From Spirogloea muscicola (lineage: Eukaryota), in NCBI GenBank assembly GCA_009602725.1, contig WELB01000022.1, forward strand, positions 836,589 through 900,588: a stretch of DNA of 64,000 bases, given 5' to 3'. Below, in pieces: positions 49,400-60,900 of this stretch. Numbering within the stretch: the stretch's first letter is position 1; every line of letters begins with the position of its first letter. The notes beneath the pieces are model-generated. The model made no database searches, was not told the DNA's origin, and saw nothing but the letters and a program-made list of their open reading frames with translations. Made by a program: the position numbers and the translations under genes.

Positions 49400-52300
49400 C
49401 TACCGGGGGTCGTCAGGAGCCGATGGCCTTGCCTCCTGCTGCTTCAAAAGCTCGTTGATGTGGGCCAGCATCTTCTGCTTGTCCGCATCACTCTGTGTTT
49501 TGGCCTTCTCCATCTGCTGCACTGCCTCGCTCAGCAGCTTGCGCTTGGCCTCCGCCTCGTCCAACCGTAGCAGCAGATAGCTGTGCACGCGCCAGCAACA
49601 GGCACCAGTTAACTTTCGTCAGCAGCACACACTTGGGTACCACATGTGTCAGCTCCTTCCAGATCCACTTCATAAGGCTCCTTCAAATATGCACTTGGAT
49701 GCTCATGTCGAAAAACGGACTCAGATCCTTAGGCCTGAAAATCCTTCTCAAACAGGTCACCGCAGCAGCAACAGCAGCTCACCTGCTTGCATACTCCTCC
49801 TCCACCACCTTAGCCTTGCTCTGCGCTATCCTCTGGACACCATCCGCTTCTCGCTTCGCCTCCGTTGCTCGCAGCTGTAGCCACCCGCAGGCAATGGGCG
49901 AATGGACAGAAATGTGGGCGAGTCAGCCATCTGTGCCCTCATCAGCTTCTTGCTGCATGATCGCTTGGACAAAGCACTTGCCTCAAACCAAAAGCTAACC
50001 GATCTGCAGAAGGAACAACGTGACAACAGCCAACCTGGAGCATCTCGGCCTCTGCCTGCTTGAAGCGTGCAATGGTCTCAAGCTCCTGAATCTGCGTCTT
50101 CTTTTGTTGCCTCTGGTACTGCCAGTAGGAAATCAAACACGTCGCCAGAGCCGAGGACTCCACTATGTCAGCATGCCAGCAGCCTTCCCATAACAAAAAC
50201 CACAAAACCCACATGGCCTGCTTGGACATGAGGCCTTGATAAGCAGAGATGGCCTGCTAGTCACGAGCTCTTGAGCATGTCTGCGACCATCCTTCCAGAG
50301 TAATATTTCATAACCCTAAACCCTAAACCCTGAGCTTCTACTGTCCCTTTTGTACAACACAGCTCCCTGCTTTCCTCATCCCAACAAGCTGCAGTAATTG
50401 GTATTCGAGCAGACCTGCAGGTAGGCAGCCTCCTTGCGCTTCTCCTCCAGCTCGCACTCGTACGCCTCAAGGGCTGCCCGCGCCTTGAGGAGGTCGTCGT
50501 TCTTCTCATTGGTGTCGGTCTCCATCTTGTATACTGCACGCACGAGCCAATTGCCAGTTTGCGACTTGTCGCCCTCCAGGCTGCCCAGATGCTGCTCCCA
50601 CGAAGGCGACGCCCCCACGGCCGCAGTCCCGCCCCTGGGCTCGCTCTTCGGGCCCTCATCCTGCTCTTCCAAAATGTACTCCGCTTCTGCAGCAAGTGCG
50701 TAATGTCAAAAAGCTTCCATGGAGGATGCATACTCTGCATAACTCAACCTCTAGGTTTATCAAAGCCACGATAAGTGGTTGTGCAGATTGAGGGGCTCGA
50801 CGCAAACAAACAACTTTCCCTTCGAAGAGAAGTAAATTGGGGTGACCAGTTCCAAGGCCATAAGTAGCAGAAGTTGCCAGGTATAAGAATGGCAATGCTG
50901 CACAGCCTTTATCTACTCGAAGCGTTTAGGTGCGCACATCTGGGAAATGTGCAGCACCAGGCCAAGCAAATCGCTCTAGGCACCCCCTGCGCTGCTTGTG
51001 AACAGCTGTCACTCACCGTCAAAGAAGCGAGCCATCTCCTTGCACGCCTCCGCATGGTCCCAGCTGCGGTCCATCAGGAGGTCGTCAGCAAGGCGGAAGA
51101 GGCTCTTGCCACGCGCATCTTGGGAGCCCGCAAAGATGCGCCGCACGAAGTCAAGCTCCTTGAGCAGCGTGTCCTTGTCCCAGCTGCTGGCGCATGTGCT
51201 GAAGACGTCCTTGACAAAGCCGAAGAGCTCGGATGTGCGCCTGCAAGGTGTGCAATGGAACTGCATCTCCACTACATCTCTATTCCCCTTGCCGGCGTTC
51301 AGGCTGGGCCCCACACAGATCGTTTGCGTCCTGCACCGCCAAACGCAGCATGCAAAGTACTGCAGTCGTTTAGCTCAGCTGTTAACAGGAGATTCCTTGT
51401 GCTACTTGATTTGTAACAGTTTTGGGTCACTTGGACACAACCCAACTGGCTTGGGCACCCTTCAAAGGTCCTTGACTGAATTGCTGCCTTCTTGAGCTAA
51501 GCAACATGCTTCTGAGAGCTCAAGTTAGGCAAGTTGCTGCCCACTTACTGTGCTTCGAGAGTGCACTGATGCAAAGGAATGCGACAAAGAAGTCAAATAG
51601 CGCCGATGTCGAGCCCTTCCAAGACAAGCACGAAGTTTGGAAAGAGTGCGGAGGGCGAGGCGGGACAGTCGGCAGCGCACGCACTTCATGGCGCAGTCCG
51701 TGTGGCACCAGTGAAGGCAGAAGTCGCAGCCAATCCAGCGGCACGTGTTGGAGTCGAAGTCGAACTTGCAACACACGACGCACATGCACAGGTGGCAGAA
51801 GCCGCTCTTGGTTGTGCACACCTGCCAGGAGTAGACAGTAAAGACAGGTGGTGCCTCAGGCATGCACAGCAGAATGGATGTCTCGGTATCACGTCTATAA
51901 GAGCACTCAACAGATTGCGCAATCACTTGCTGAGGTTCCACTTAATCTAGCATCTGAATGCACTGACACAGAGGTGGAAGCCACTGACCATGCACTGGCA
52001 GCCCGCGGCGGGGAGCTGCGTCTGGCAGGCGACGTTGCGGCAGCGCTTGTGGAGGAAGATCTCGATGAGCGCCTCGGTGTCGATGGGCATGTCGGGGTGC
52101 AGGAACACCTGGATGCCCGTGCGGATGGCCACGAGGATCTCCAGCTGGGTGCGCGAGGCGCCGGCCAGCGCCTCGGCGGTCACGTCGGCGCGCGAGGCGA
52201 GAGCGCGCTGCAGTTGGGCGAACTCGTCGCGGCGCTCCACGCCGGCGAGCATGTCGCGGAGGCTGGCGCGGAGGCGCTCACGGGCCTCACGCGGCAGCTC

Positions 52301-53175
52301 GCGCATGCGCCGCGCCATGGCGTCGATCGGCTCCGCCACCAGGTCGTGCAGGCTGGCCAGCGCAATCACCACGCCAGCCACCCGGGTTCAAGTCAGGAGC
52401 ACCCCAATTCCTGCCCTCTAGACCAACTTTTGATTCTTCCTGGCCACGACCGCTCCCTGTCCTCGTGCGCAGCCCATCAATGCGCAAAAATGGGCTCCGC
52501 CACCAGGTCGTGCAGGCTGGCCAGCGCAATACACCACACCAGCAGCCCAGGTTCAAGTCAGGAGCACCCCATTCTGCCCTCTACACCATGTTTTAATATT
52601 TCTGGCCACGGCGCTAGCTGTCCTCGTGCGCAGCCCAGCAAGCGCTGCATGAGCAACTACGAGCGAAAATGCCCACAAATTCGGCCGCCCTTCTCACAGG
52701 CCTACACTGGCATAAAGTATACTTTTGTTGTAATCCTCTTACTAACACTATTGGCTTCTTACTGAAGGCCAGTTAGTAGCTGCAGGGGCCATGGCGGCGA
52801 GCATGCGGAGCAGCCGGCTCACGTGACGCAGTCTGGGCCGGCGCTCGGGGTGGCGCCAGAGGCGGCCCGCCGGCCCGGTGACGACGCCGCCGGCGTGCCC
52901 TCCGTGGGCCACGACGTCTCGCGGGTGTCCTCGCTCGCTGCCGCCGCCGCCGCCGCTGCCNNNNNNNNNNNNNNNNNNNNNNNNNNNNNNNNNNNNNNNN
53001 NNNNNNNNNNNNNNNNNNNNNNNNNNNNNNNNNNNNNNNNNNNNNNNNNNNNNNNNNNNNNNNNNNNNNNNNNNNNNNNNNNNNNNNNNNNNNNNNNNNN
53101 NNNNNNNNNNNNNNNNNNNNNNNNNNNNNNNNNNNNNNNNNNNNNNNNNNNNNNNGGCCCCACGGACGCCGCCAT
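49400..53175 (-). CDS. OBE: OBERON-family PHD-finger / coiled-coil protein; first exon interrupted by gap
   Basis: QLEILVAIRTGIQVFLHP...LIEIFLHKRCRNVACQ, CTTKSGFCHLCMCVVCCKFDFDSNTCRWIGCDFCLHWCHTDCA, TSELFGFVKDVF, ELETIARFKQAEAEMLQ, EEEYASRYLLLRLDEAE. Confidence 0.94.
50311..50333 (+). repeat. (AAACCCT)3 tract in OBERON intron
   Basis: taaccctaaaccctaaaccctga. Confidence 0.8.
52329..52637. repeat. Imperfect tandem duplication (~148 nt x2) of an OBERON intron end and exon start
   Basis: 52329-52476 resembles 52493-52637; both start ggctccgccaccaggtcgtgcaggctggccagcgcaat. Confidence 0.88.
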
Positions 53176-53489
53176 GGCCGCCGCAGCCGTGGCGCAGCCG
53201 GCGGCGGGGCGGCGGCGTCGGCGGCGGCGTCGGCGCGACAGAAGACGGCGCCGTTTGCGGGCTTCTGTTTCCCGCCGTTTGGCGAGGCCCCGTCCGGTCG
53301 GCTCACCGCCTGAAAGTTGGCGGTTAGTGCACGGCTGTGGCTGCCAATGAGCACAAAGATCTTCCGACAAGTGAGCTCTTCCTAAGGTAAGTAGGCACTT
53401 CGGCAGCGCTCCCAGAAGGAAAGACTTGCACTCTCTTTACAGCTTTGTTCATTCTCTTCTCCTAGGCCACGCTAGCATTCCGCAGGCAT

Positions 53490-56400
53490 TTGTTGCGTGT
53501 TACAGAGTGCGGCGGCTGGACCTTCTGCAGCCGCTTCCCCGGCAGGCCATCATCGGCAGGGTCCGCAAGAGTAAGAAGAAAGGGAGGTGCCTGGCTTCAA
53601 CGCTGCTGGGGGTCGCTTGCCCAGGTATTTTGCATGCGGCTCTCTGTTCCCTTCCAAGGCTCCCTGGCTCACGCTGCGCACTTGCAGGCAGGCCGGCTAT
53701 TGCTGCTGCCTCTGGGTCTCGTTGCGGTGCCTCTTTCCAGCTGCAAGCTACTCCGACTTGCTGCTGCTGATCCGGGGTTACTGAGTTCCCCTCTGCTGTA
53801 GTCTCGTGCATAGCTGTGTGCTTTAAACACCTTCCGGCTCTCAGCTCTTTGGACTGTCCTTCTTTTCCAGCCTCCTATTTTAGTTGGGCGAGCTTCTGTC
53901 CTCCGAACCCTGTCAATTGTTTTCGGGCTGGTCTATCACGTCTCAGCGTGTAGTTTTCTTCTCGGCACTTGATATCGGCTCTTTGGATTTTGTCCATTCA
54001 TTTTGGGCTGGCATTTGCAGCCCCTCTTCATTATGGCAAGCAATCTATTTCAGACCTTTGGGCTGGCCTTTCACAGCCACTGCTCTCAATTTGGACGCGT
54101 TGTTTTTATCGGGAATAGCGCTTCCAGATTGACAGCAGTGGCTGTGAGAAGCCAGCCCAAAAGAGTGGACAAGGTCTGAAAGGGCCAGATGGCGCAAGAA
54201 CTGGATACTAAGCGCTAAGACGACATAAAGGAGATTCTCAGAAAACTTAATCAGCAAGTGCAGGTCAGAATAGCTAGAGGGCGGAAAGACGTCGCCCTGA
54301 CGGAACCCGGACGCAGCAGCCAAGAAATGTGTGTATTAAGTGATGGAGGGCCTGTGTGGCTAAGTACAAGGGCAAGCACATTGATTATTGTGCCAAGGCG
54401 CGACCTGCACGCAGGTGAAAGGCAAGGGACCTCTGCAGGGAGTCGGCTAGACCCATCCTGAACACTTGAGCAAGCGACCCGGCCTTGAAGCCGGGCTGCT
54501 CGCTGTGCTGCCCTTGGCAGCGAGCCACTGCACGCCTCGCAAGAAGAAGGGCTCACCTATAAAGAAGAGGGGCTGGCAAAGCCAGCCCAAAAAGAATAGA
54601 CAATGTCCAAAGCCAAAAAAAAAGAGGAGCCGGAAAAGGACTACACTACAAAACACAAGACGATGCAGAGGGAAGCTCAGTAACCGCGAGTAAGCAACAT
54701 CACGTCTGAGTAGCTCACTGCAAGGAAAGCGGCACTCCGCTGAGAATCCGCCGCGACCATAGAGGTTTGGGGCTGGAAAAGGCCAGCCCAAAAAACAATG
54801 AACAAAGTGCGAGAAGGGGCCAGGGGAAGGACTAAGAAAAACAAGCACAAGAAAGAGAGAAGGCGCGCGGTGCGCATGAAATTGAAAGGGAGGCCAATTC
54901 AAGCCTTACAAATGACCTGTTGACTGGGTAATGAAGCACAAGAAGAAACTAAGCAGCTACGAAACTCTCAGTAACCCCTGCTAAGCAGCCTCAAGTCAGA
55001 GAAACTTGGCTCCTGGAAGTGGGTCCAGTAGCCCCTGGCGTAAGGAAGTGCTTGCCCATAGAGAAGTGGGGCTGGCAAAGCCAGCCCAGAAGGAATGACA
55101 ATGTCCAAAGCCAAAGAAAGAGGTGCCGACGAAGGATCACACCACAAACCACTACAAAATATAAGACGATGCAGAGGGGAGCTCAGTACCTGCGAGTGAG
55201 CAACATCGGGTCGGAGTAGCTCGATGCAGGGAGAGGGGCACTCCGCCGAGACCCAGAGGCGGCGGCCATAGCACAGCCTACTCGCGTGTGGACGGCGTAG
55301 GCAAGGGAGCATGGAAACGATACCGCCAGGCGCATACGGAAGACTCGGACGAGCGAACCGGCGGCGTTGAAGCCGGGCGCCCTTGGCCCTTGCTGATCAC
55401 CCGGTGGGGGATGAATTCGCGGCCCTGGCGATGGATGTACACGGGGCTTTCGGCAGCCGCTGGCTGGATCTCATTCAGCGGCTTGCTCGCCAGGCCATTG
55501 ACCGGCGGCCGGGTCTGCCCGGGGCGATGCCCGGCTTCAACGCCGCCGGGTCGCTCGCACAAGTCTTCCGCATGCGCCTGGCCGTATCGCTTCAACGCTC
55601 CCTTGCCCACGCCGTCCATACGCGCGCAGGCCGTGCTATGGCCGCCGCCTCTGGGTCTCGGCGGAGCGCCTCTTTCCCTGCAGCGAGCTACTCAGACCTG
55701 ATGTTGCTCACTCGTGAGTACTGAGCTTTCCTCTGCATCGTTTCTGTGTTCTGCAGTATGTTGTAGTGTAGTCCTTTCTCCGGCTCCTCTTGCTTTGGCT
55801 TTGGACATTGCAAGAGGGGCTTTGCCAGCCCCTCTTTTCTATGGGCGCGCTCTTCGCCTTGGCAGACCCGGCCCGCCGGTCAATGGCCTGACGGGCAAGC
55901 CGCTGGAGGAGATCCTGCCAGCGGCTGCCGAAAGCCCCGTGTACATCTATCCGCCAGGGCCGCGAATTCATCACCAACCGGGTGATCGGCATATTTTCGC
56001 TCCTTTGCCCGGGCCGCCTGGCCGACCGCGTGCACTGCAATCGATGCCGATCTGGTGAGATTGGCGGAGTCGATGCAGTCACTTGTCACCACATCGGCGA
56101 TGATACCGGGGACCGCCGCCGGGCGGGATGGCGACCAGGTCAGCGCGTGGAGTATGGGGCTGGCCGTCCGCGCCCAGCTGGATGGGCTGGCTTTGCCAGC
56201 CCCTCTTCTCAGCAGCGAGCTACTCAGACCTGATGTTGCTCACTCGTGGGTACTGAGCTTTCCTCTGCATCGTTTCTGTGTTCTGCAGTATGTTGTAGTG
56301 TAGTCCTTTCTCCGGCTCCTCTTGCTTTGGACATTGTCCATTCTATTTTGGGCTGGCTTGGCCAGCCCCTCTTTTCTATGGGCGCGCTCTTCTTCTTCTC

Positions 56401-57090
56401 TATGGGAGCGCATTCTTCTTCTCTATGGGCGCGCACTTCTCTGCTGGGTATTGTTGAGGTGTTTTCCACCGTGTGTGCTTGTTGTTCTTCGTACTTCCCC
56501 TGGCCCCTTCTCGTCCTTTGTTCATTCTTTTCTGGGCTGGCTTTTTCTAGCCCGTATCCTCAATGGGCGAGCCCTTCTCTCTTTCCACCGCCACCTCTTC
56601 TCTATGGGCGCGCACTTCTCTTTCCACCGCCACCTTGAAGCCCGCCTCCATAAACACCCCCTGCAAGGGCAAGCGCGGCCAGATTGACTGGTGACTGAGA
56701 GAAGAAGTGGCTCTCCCAATGGGGGCAAGGGCTGTGTTTCCCCCGTTCTGCCATAGCCTCTTCAGGCCCCACAGTCGCTGCTTAGCTCGTAGTTTGGCCC
56801 CTTCGAACCTTGCTGAGAGAGGCCAGCCCAAAGGAATGGACAAGGTCTGAAGGAGCCGGAGTGCTAAAGACTGAGACAGCAGCAAGCGGACTCTCAGTAA
56901 CCTGCAAGGCGCTGCAGGAAGCGTTGGGCGCGCCTGCAACAAACGCAGTCGGTGGTGACGACGTCGGCCCGTTGCCCCCGTTGGGAGAGAAGGCGCGCGC
57001 GGTGCATGAAATTGGAAAGGGAGGCGAACCCTAGCCTTACAAATGTCCTATTACGGCGGTAATCAGCCAGCTAAGGGAGAGCCATTTCTT
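53490..57090. mobile_element. Mosaic island of nested CRE-clade retrotransposon 3' fragments
   Basis: ORF ends LLIRGY* (53784), LLTRGY* (54677), LLSRGY* (54968), LLTREY* (55724); RLE coding pieces at 55396-55724(+) and 55857-56150(-); more than ten hairpin UTRs. Confidence 0.88.
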
Positions 57091-57644
57091 CTTGCTCTGG
57101 CCAATCCTTATGCCGCCACTGCCGCCCTGGGGGCTCAGTTTCTTGGCCAGCTGTGCTGATGCTCTTCCGGGCTCTGGCGATCAGCGCTACCATAAGTCGG
57201 TCTCTGAGCCAGAAGCCGACCAAGACGTCATTCCACTACTGACCACCCGGAAGGAAAATTTCGTAATTTGAAACAAACGAAGGCCAAATGGCCAAGTACA
57301 AAGGCAAGCACATCTAAAGACCTACATAGCCTACAGCAGATTGACCCGCTCAATAGCCACGGGTCAAAACATGAAGGTCGCTAATCAATGCCTGAATACT
57401 AGATGTCAGATACGGAGCCCTTTTGCCACCAACTCGCCCAGTTTCTGGTGCAAAGCATTAGCCTGAAATGCTGCAAACAGGCCGAAATCCGTCATCGCAA
57501 GAACGACAAATACGCAAGCCTATCTCAGCCGGAAACACATCTGCACGTCGTGTGTAGGCAACATTCTGAAGAAGAGTGTGGAAGCGAGGACCCAGACAGC
57601 CAAAGATGTCGACTGCCGCTTGCAGGAGCTGAGGGTAACCGGGG

Positions 57645-57740
57645 GCATCTCAGCATGTGAGTGGCGAGCTCAGCACCCTCTGCACGGAAGCCGCACTCAC
57701 ACTGGCGCACCCCAATCAGGCAGTTGGGTGGGAGGCAAAG
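57645..57740 (-). mobile_element. Short CRE Zn-finger fragment
   Basis: QCECGFRAEGAELATHMLRC matches QCECGERSTDPAELAAHILRC at ~14150-14215. Confidence 0.65.
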
Positions 57741-57941
57741 GGCTGGTGTAAATGTAACACACCCCCCAAGGCTGGTGGCATTAAACAGGCGCGGTTTGCA
57801 GCCGGTAATATTGTGTCAGGACCGGCGGTTAGCACGGCTCGGGCTCTAGGCTGCCGTCCCCCGAGCTGAGGGCCACCCCGCCGCCGCCGCCGCCGCCGCC
57901 GCCNGCCGCCGGCGGGTGCGGCGGCGTCGGCGCGCCGCGAG

Positions 57942-60900
57942 ATGGTGGCGCCCGCGGCCCGCCTTCTGCTGCCACCATCTACGCGGCCTGCGCAGGTCCG
58001 GCGCCGCCAGCCGCCTCCCCGTCCCTGTCGTGAGCTGCGGCTCATCGGCACGTCCGAGCCTTCTCGCGAGAATAATGATTGCAAGCCAAAATCGCGCGGA
58101 GATGTATGTACCAGCGTCGCTTTATGTTGCTGATAACTTCCCTTAACGTAGCCACGGGCTGCCCGCATTCTGCCAACATGCTGTGCCTTTTCAATCCCCA
58201 TCCTGGCCTGCAGAGTGCAGCTCTGCAGCCTGAGCGCCGCCTGAGGATCGTCTCCGATTGGCCGCAAAGAGCGAGCGTTCGACGACTTGAGGAGCTCAGG
58301 AGCTCATTCAGGGGCCAGCTTCACTCAACCGGCTTGCTATCTGGGAGGCAACCAAGACTTCGTTCTTGGAAGAGTGGCACAGTCTCCATAACTGCGGAAA
58401 TGCAAACTCTAGTATGTCACGATGCCGGCTCTTTCAGCTCGTTGTAAGATGTGGCCTTTCATCTGCTGACTCCTTGCACTCTACAAAGTGGCTTCTGTGT
58501 GCGCCAAAGTAAAGTCAGCAGGACCGCTAGCTGACAATCTGAGCTGCAAATTGTTAGCGCCGTTGCCTCCAGCAGACAGGGAAATTGAATAGGAGGCAGG
58601 GTGCGACAAGGAGTTGCGACAATTACTTGTGTATTTCATGATCAAAGAATAGGGAGACGGCAGCCTTTCTGGTCACTGATTGTTGCTTCTGTATTTCACC
58701 AGAATGCAAAGGCACAGAAAGCCAGTGAAGTGCCTATCCAGGTCACTCATGGAACACCATCTCCCCTTGGCGTTTCACTCACTGAAAATCAGTCCGCGAT
58801 CAACTTTGCAATATTCTCCCAGCATGCAACAGCTGTCAAGCTTTGCTTGTGAGTAAAGCTTCTGGTCCTGCACTGTCCGAGCAAGCCTGGCTTAGCCCTG
58901 CACACAGACTGCCCTCATGCTGGATGAGTTTGGTGCATGAGGAAGTTAGACCTTGGCCAGGCTTGAGACGAAAGGAGCACAAACTTTGTGACCCTCTAGA
59001 AAAGGAGACATCCAAGTTGCATGTTTGTAACACAAAGGTGGACTACTTTGTCTACTGAGCGTCCATATACAGCATCCCTTGCTCATTCTTCTTCCAACCT
59101 ATGGGCGCGTAACGAATACTGTCAGGTACTTGGATGGCCGACTAGCAGGGCCACCTTCTGAGGAGATTGAGCTTGATGCTGAGAAGAACAAGACTGGGGA
59201 TGTTTGGCATGTGGCTGTACATGTGAGCACCCCACATTAGCTGCAGCTGGCAATAAAGCCGGTATTGTAGGAGCACTTCACAACCGCGCAACATTTTACG
59301 CACTGCATATAGTAGAAAGTGTTCGCTGCTAGAGGTAGGGTGCAGCAAAAGCCTTCCCTTATCTTTTGCAGGAACATTGCCTTGCTTGTGCTGAGAATCA
59401 CTATTTGTGTGGAACAGGGAGTGCCCTTGCGTGGGGTCGTCTATGGCTACAAGATAGATGGCCCACAGGGCTGGGAAGCAGGACATCGATTTAATGGAAA
59501 ACAAGTACTGCTCGATCCCTATGCAAAGCTAGTAGAAGGCCGGCGAATGTTTGGAGATGCAAGCAACAAATTTGAGCCGTCACTTGGGACCTACGATTTG
59601 GAATCTGAAGAATTTGACTGGGGTGAGGATTATAGGAAGCCCGAAATACCTGAGGTACGACTGGGGCATTGAAATATATTGCTCATCTGTCTCTGTGTAG
59701 GTTGAGCCAAGTGTACATTAAGCTCAGAGGGTTACATGCACGGATGTATTGTCCACCAATTGGAGCAGTAGATTGACGAAGAGGAGCCCCCCCTTGATCT
59801 AAGCACCTGCTTCTGGGGAATATTTGCTGCACATGCAGAAAGATCTTTTCATCTATGAAATGGCCGTGAGGGCGTTCACTGCGGACGAATCAAGTGGGCT
59901 AGAGCCCGAGATTCGTGGAAGCTTCTTGGCTGTAATTGATAAGGTGAGAAGCACAACTTAAGCGACACCCTTCTTGATGCAGTCTTACTCTTTCTTGACG
60001 TACCTCATTTCCCTTGTGTTGTGATGAAGGTCATTCTAGCCTGCGGTGTAGTGTTCCATCTCATTGGAACATGCCATGGAAACCGTCTTGACATGTCAGT
60101 GTCATGCAGATTCCTCACTTTCTAGAGCTTGGGATCAATGCCGTGGAACTGCTGCCCATATTTGAGTATGACGAATTTGAGTTCCAGCGAAGGCCAAATC
60201 CGCGTGACCACCTGGTATATGCTTTAGTTTCTGAAAGTCCACTTTACATGTTGCAAGCATAGCAGGATCGGTGATACCATAACGACGACGTCGATCAGTC
60301 TCCAGTCAAACATTGCCATAAAAAAAGTGGTAACTTTGGATCTATTTGCTAGGTATGTCAGGAGAGGAGGCGAAAGTGCTGCATGGACTGTGTATCACTG
60401 AAGGATGGCTCCACCTCTTATAGGTGCAATTGTGACCTCCGCACAGATTAATACTTGGGGATATTCAACCATCAACTTCTTTGCCCCCATGAGCCGATTT
60501 GCAAGTGCTGGAGGAGGCCCTGGGGCAGCTTCGATGGAGTTCAAGCAGATGGTCAAGGCACTTCACGCCGTTGGTATTGAGGTATGGCTTTAGTTCATCA
60601 AACCCTTGTCTCCTCTTTGTTGCTGAGTATGTTCCCTTCACACACAGCAATGATACTGCTCGAAGGTTATGCTGCAAACCCTGACCTTGAACCCTAAACC
60701 CTGAGCTGTTGTTAGCCATTCTCAGTACACTGTCAAAGCAATGACCTATCTAATGGTCTGCTTGTCAAAGGCAGGTCATCTTGGACGTTGTGTACAATCA
60801 TACTAATGAGTCTGACGATGCGCACCCATACATGACATCCTTCAGGGGCGTTGATAATCTGGTAATTGACTTGCCTAGCTTGTCTCTTATCAGTCTTGTA

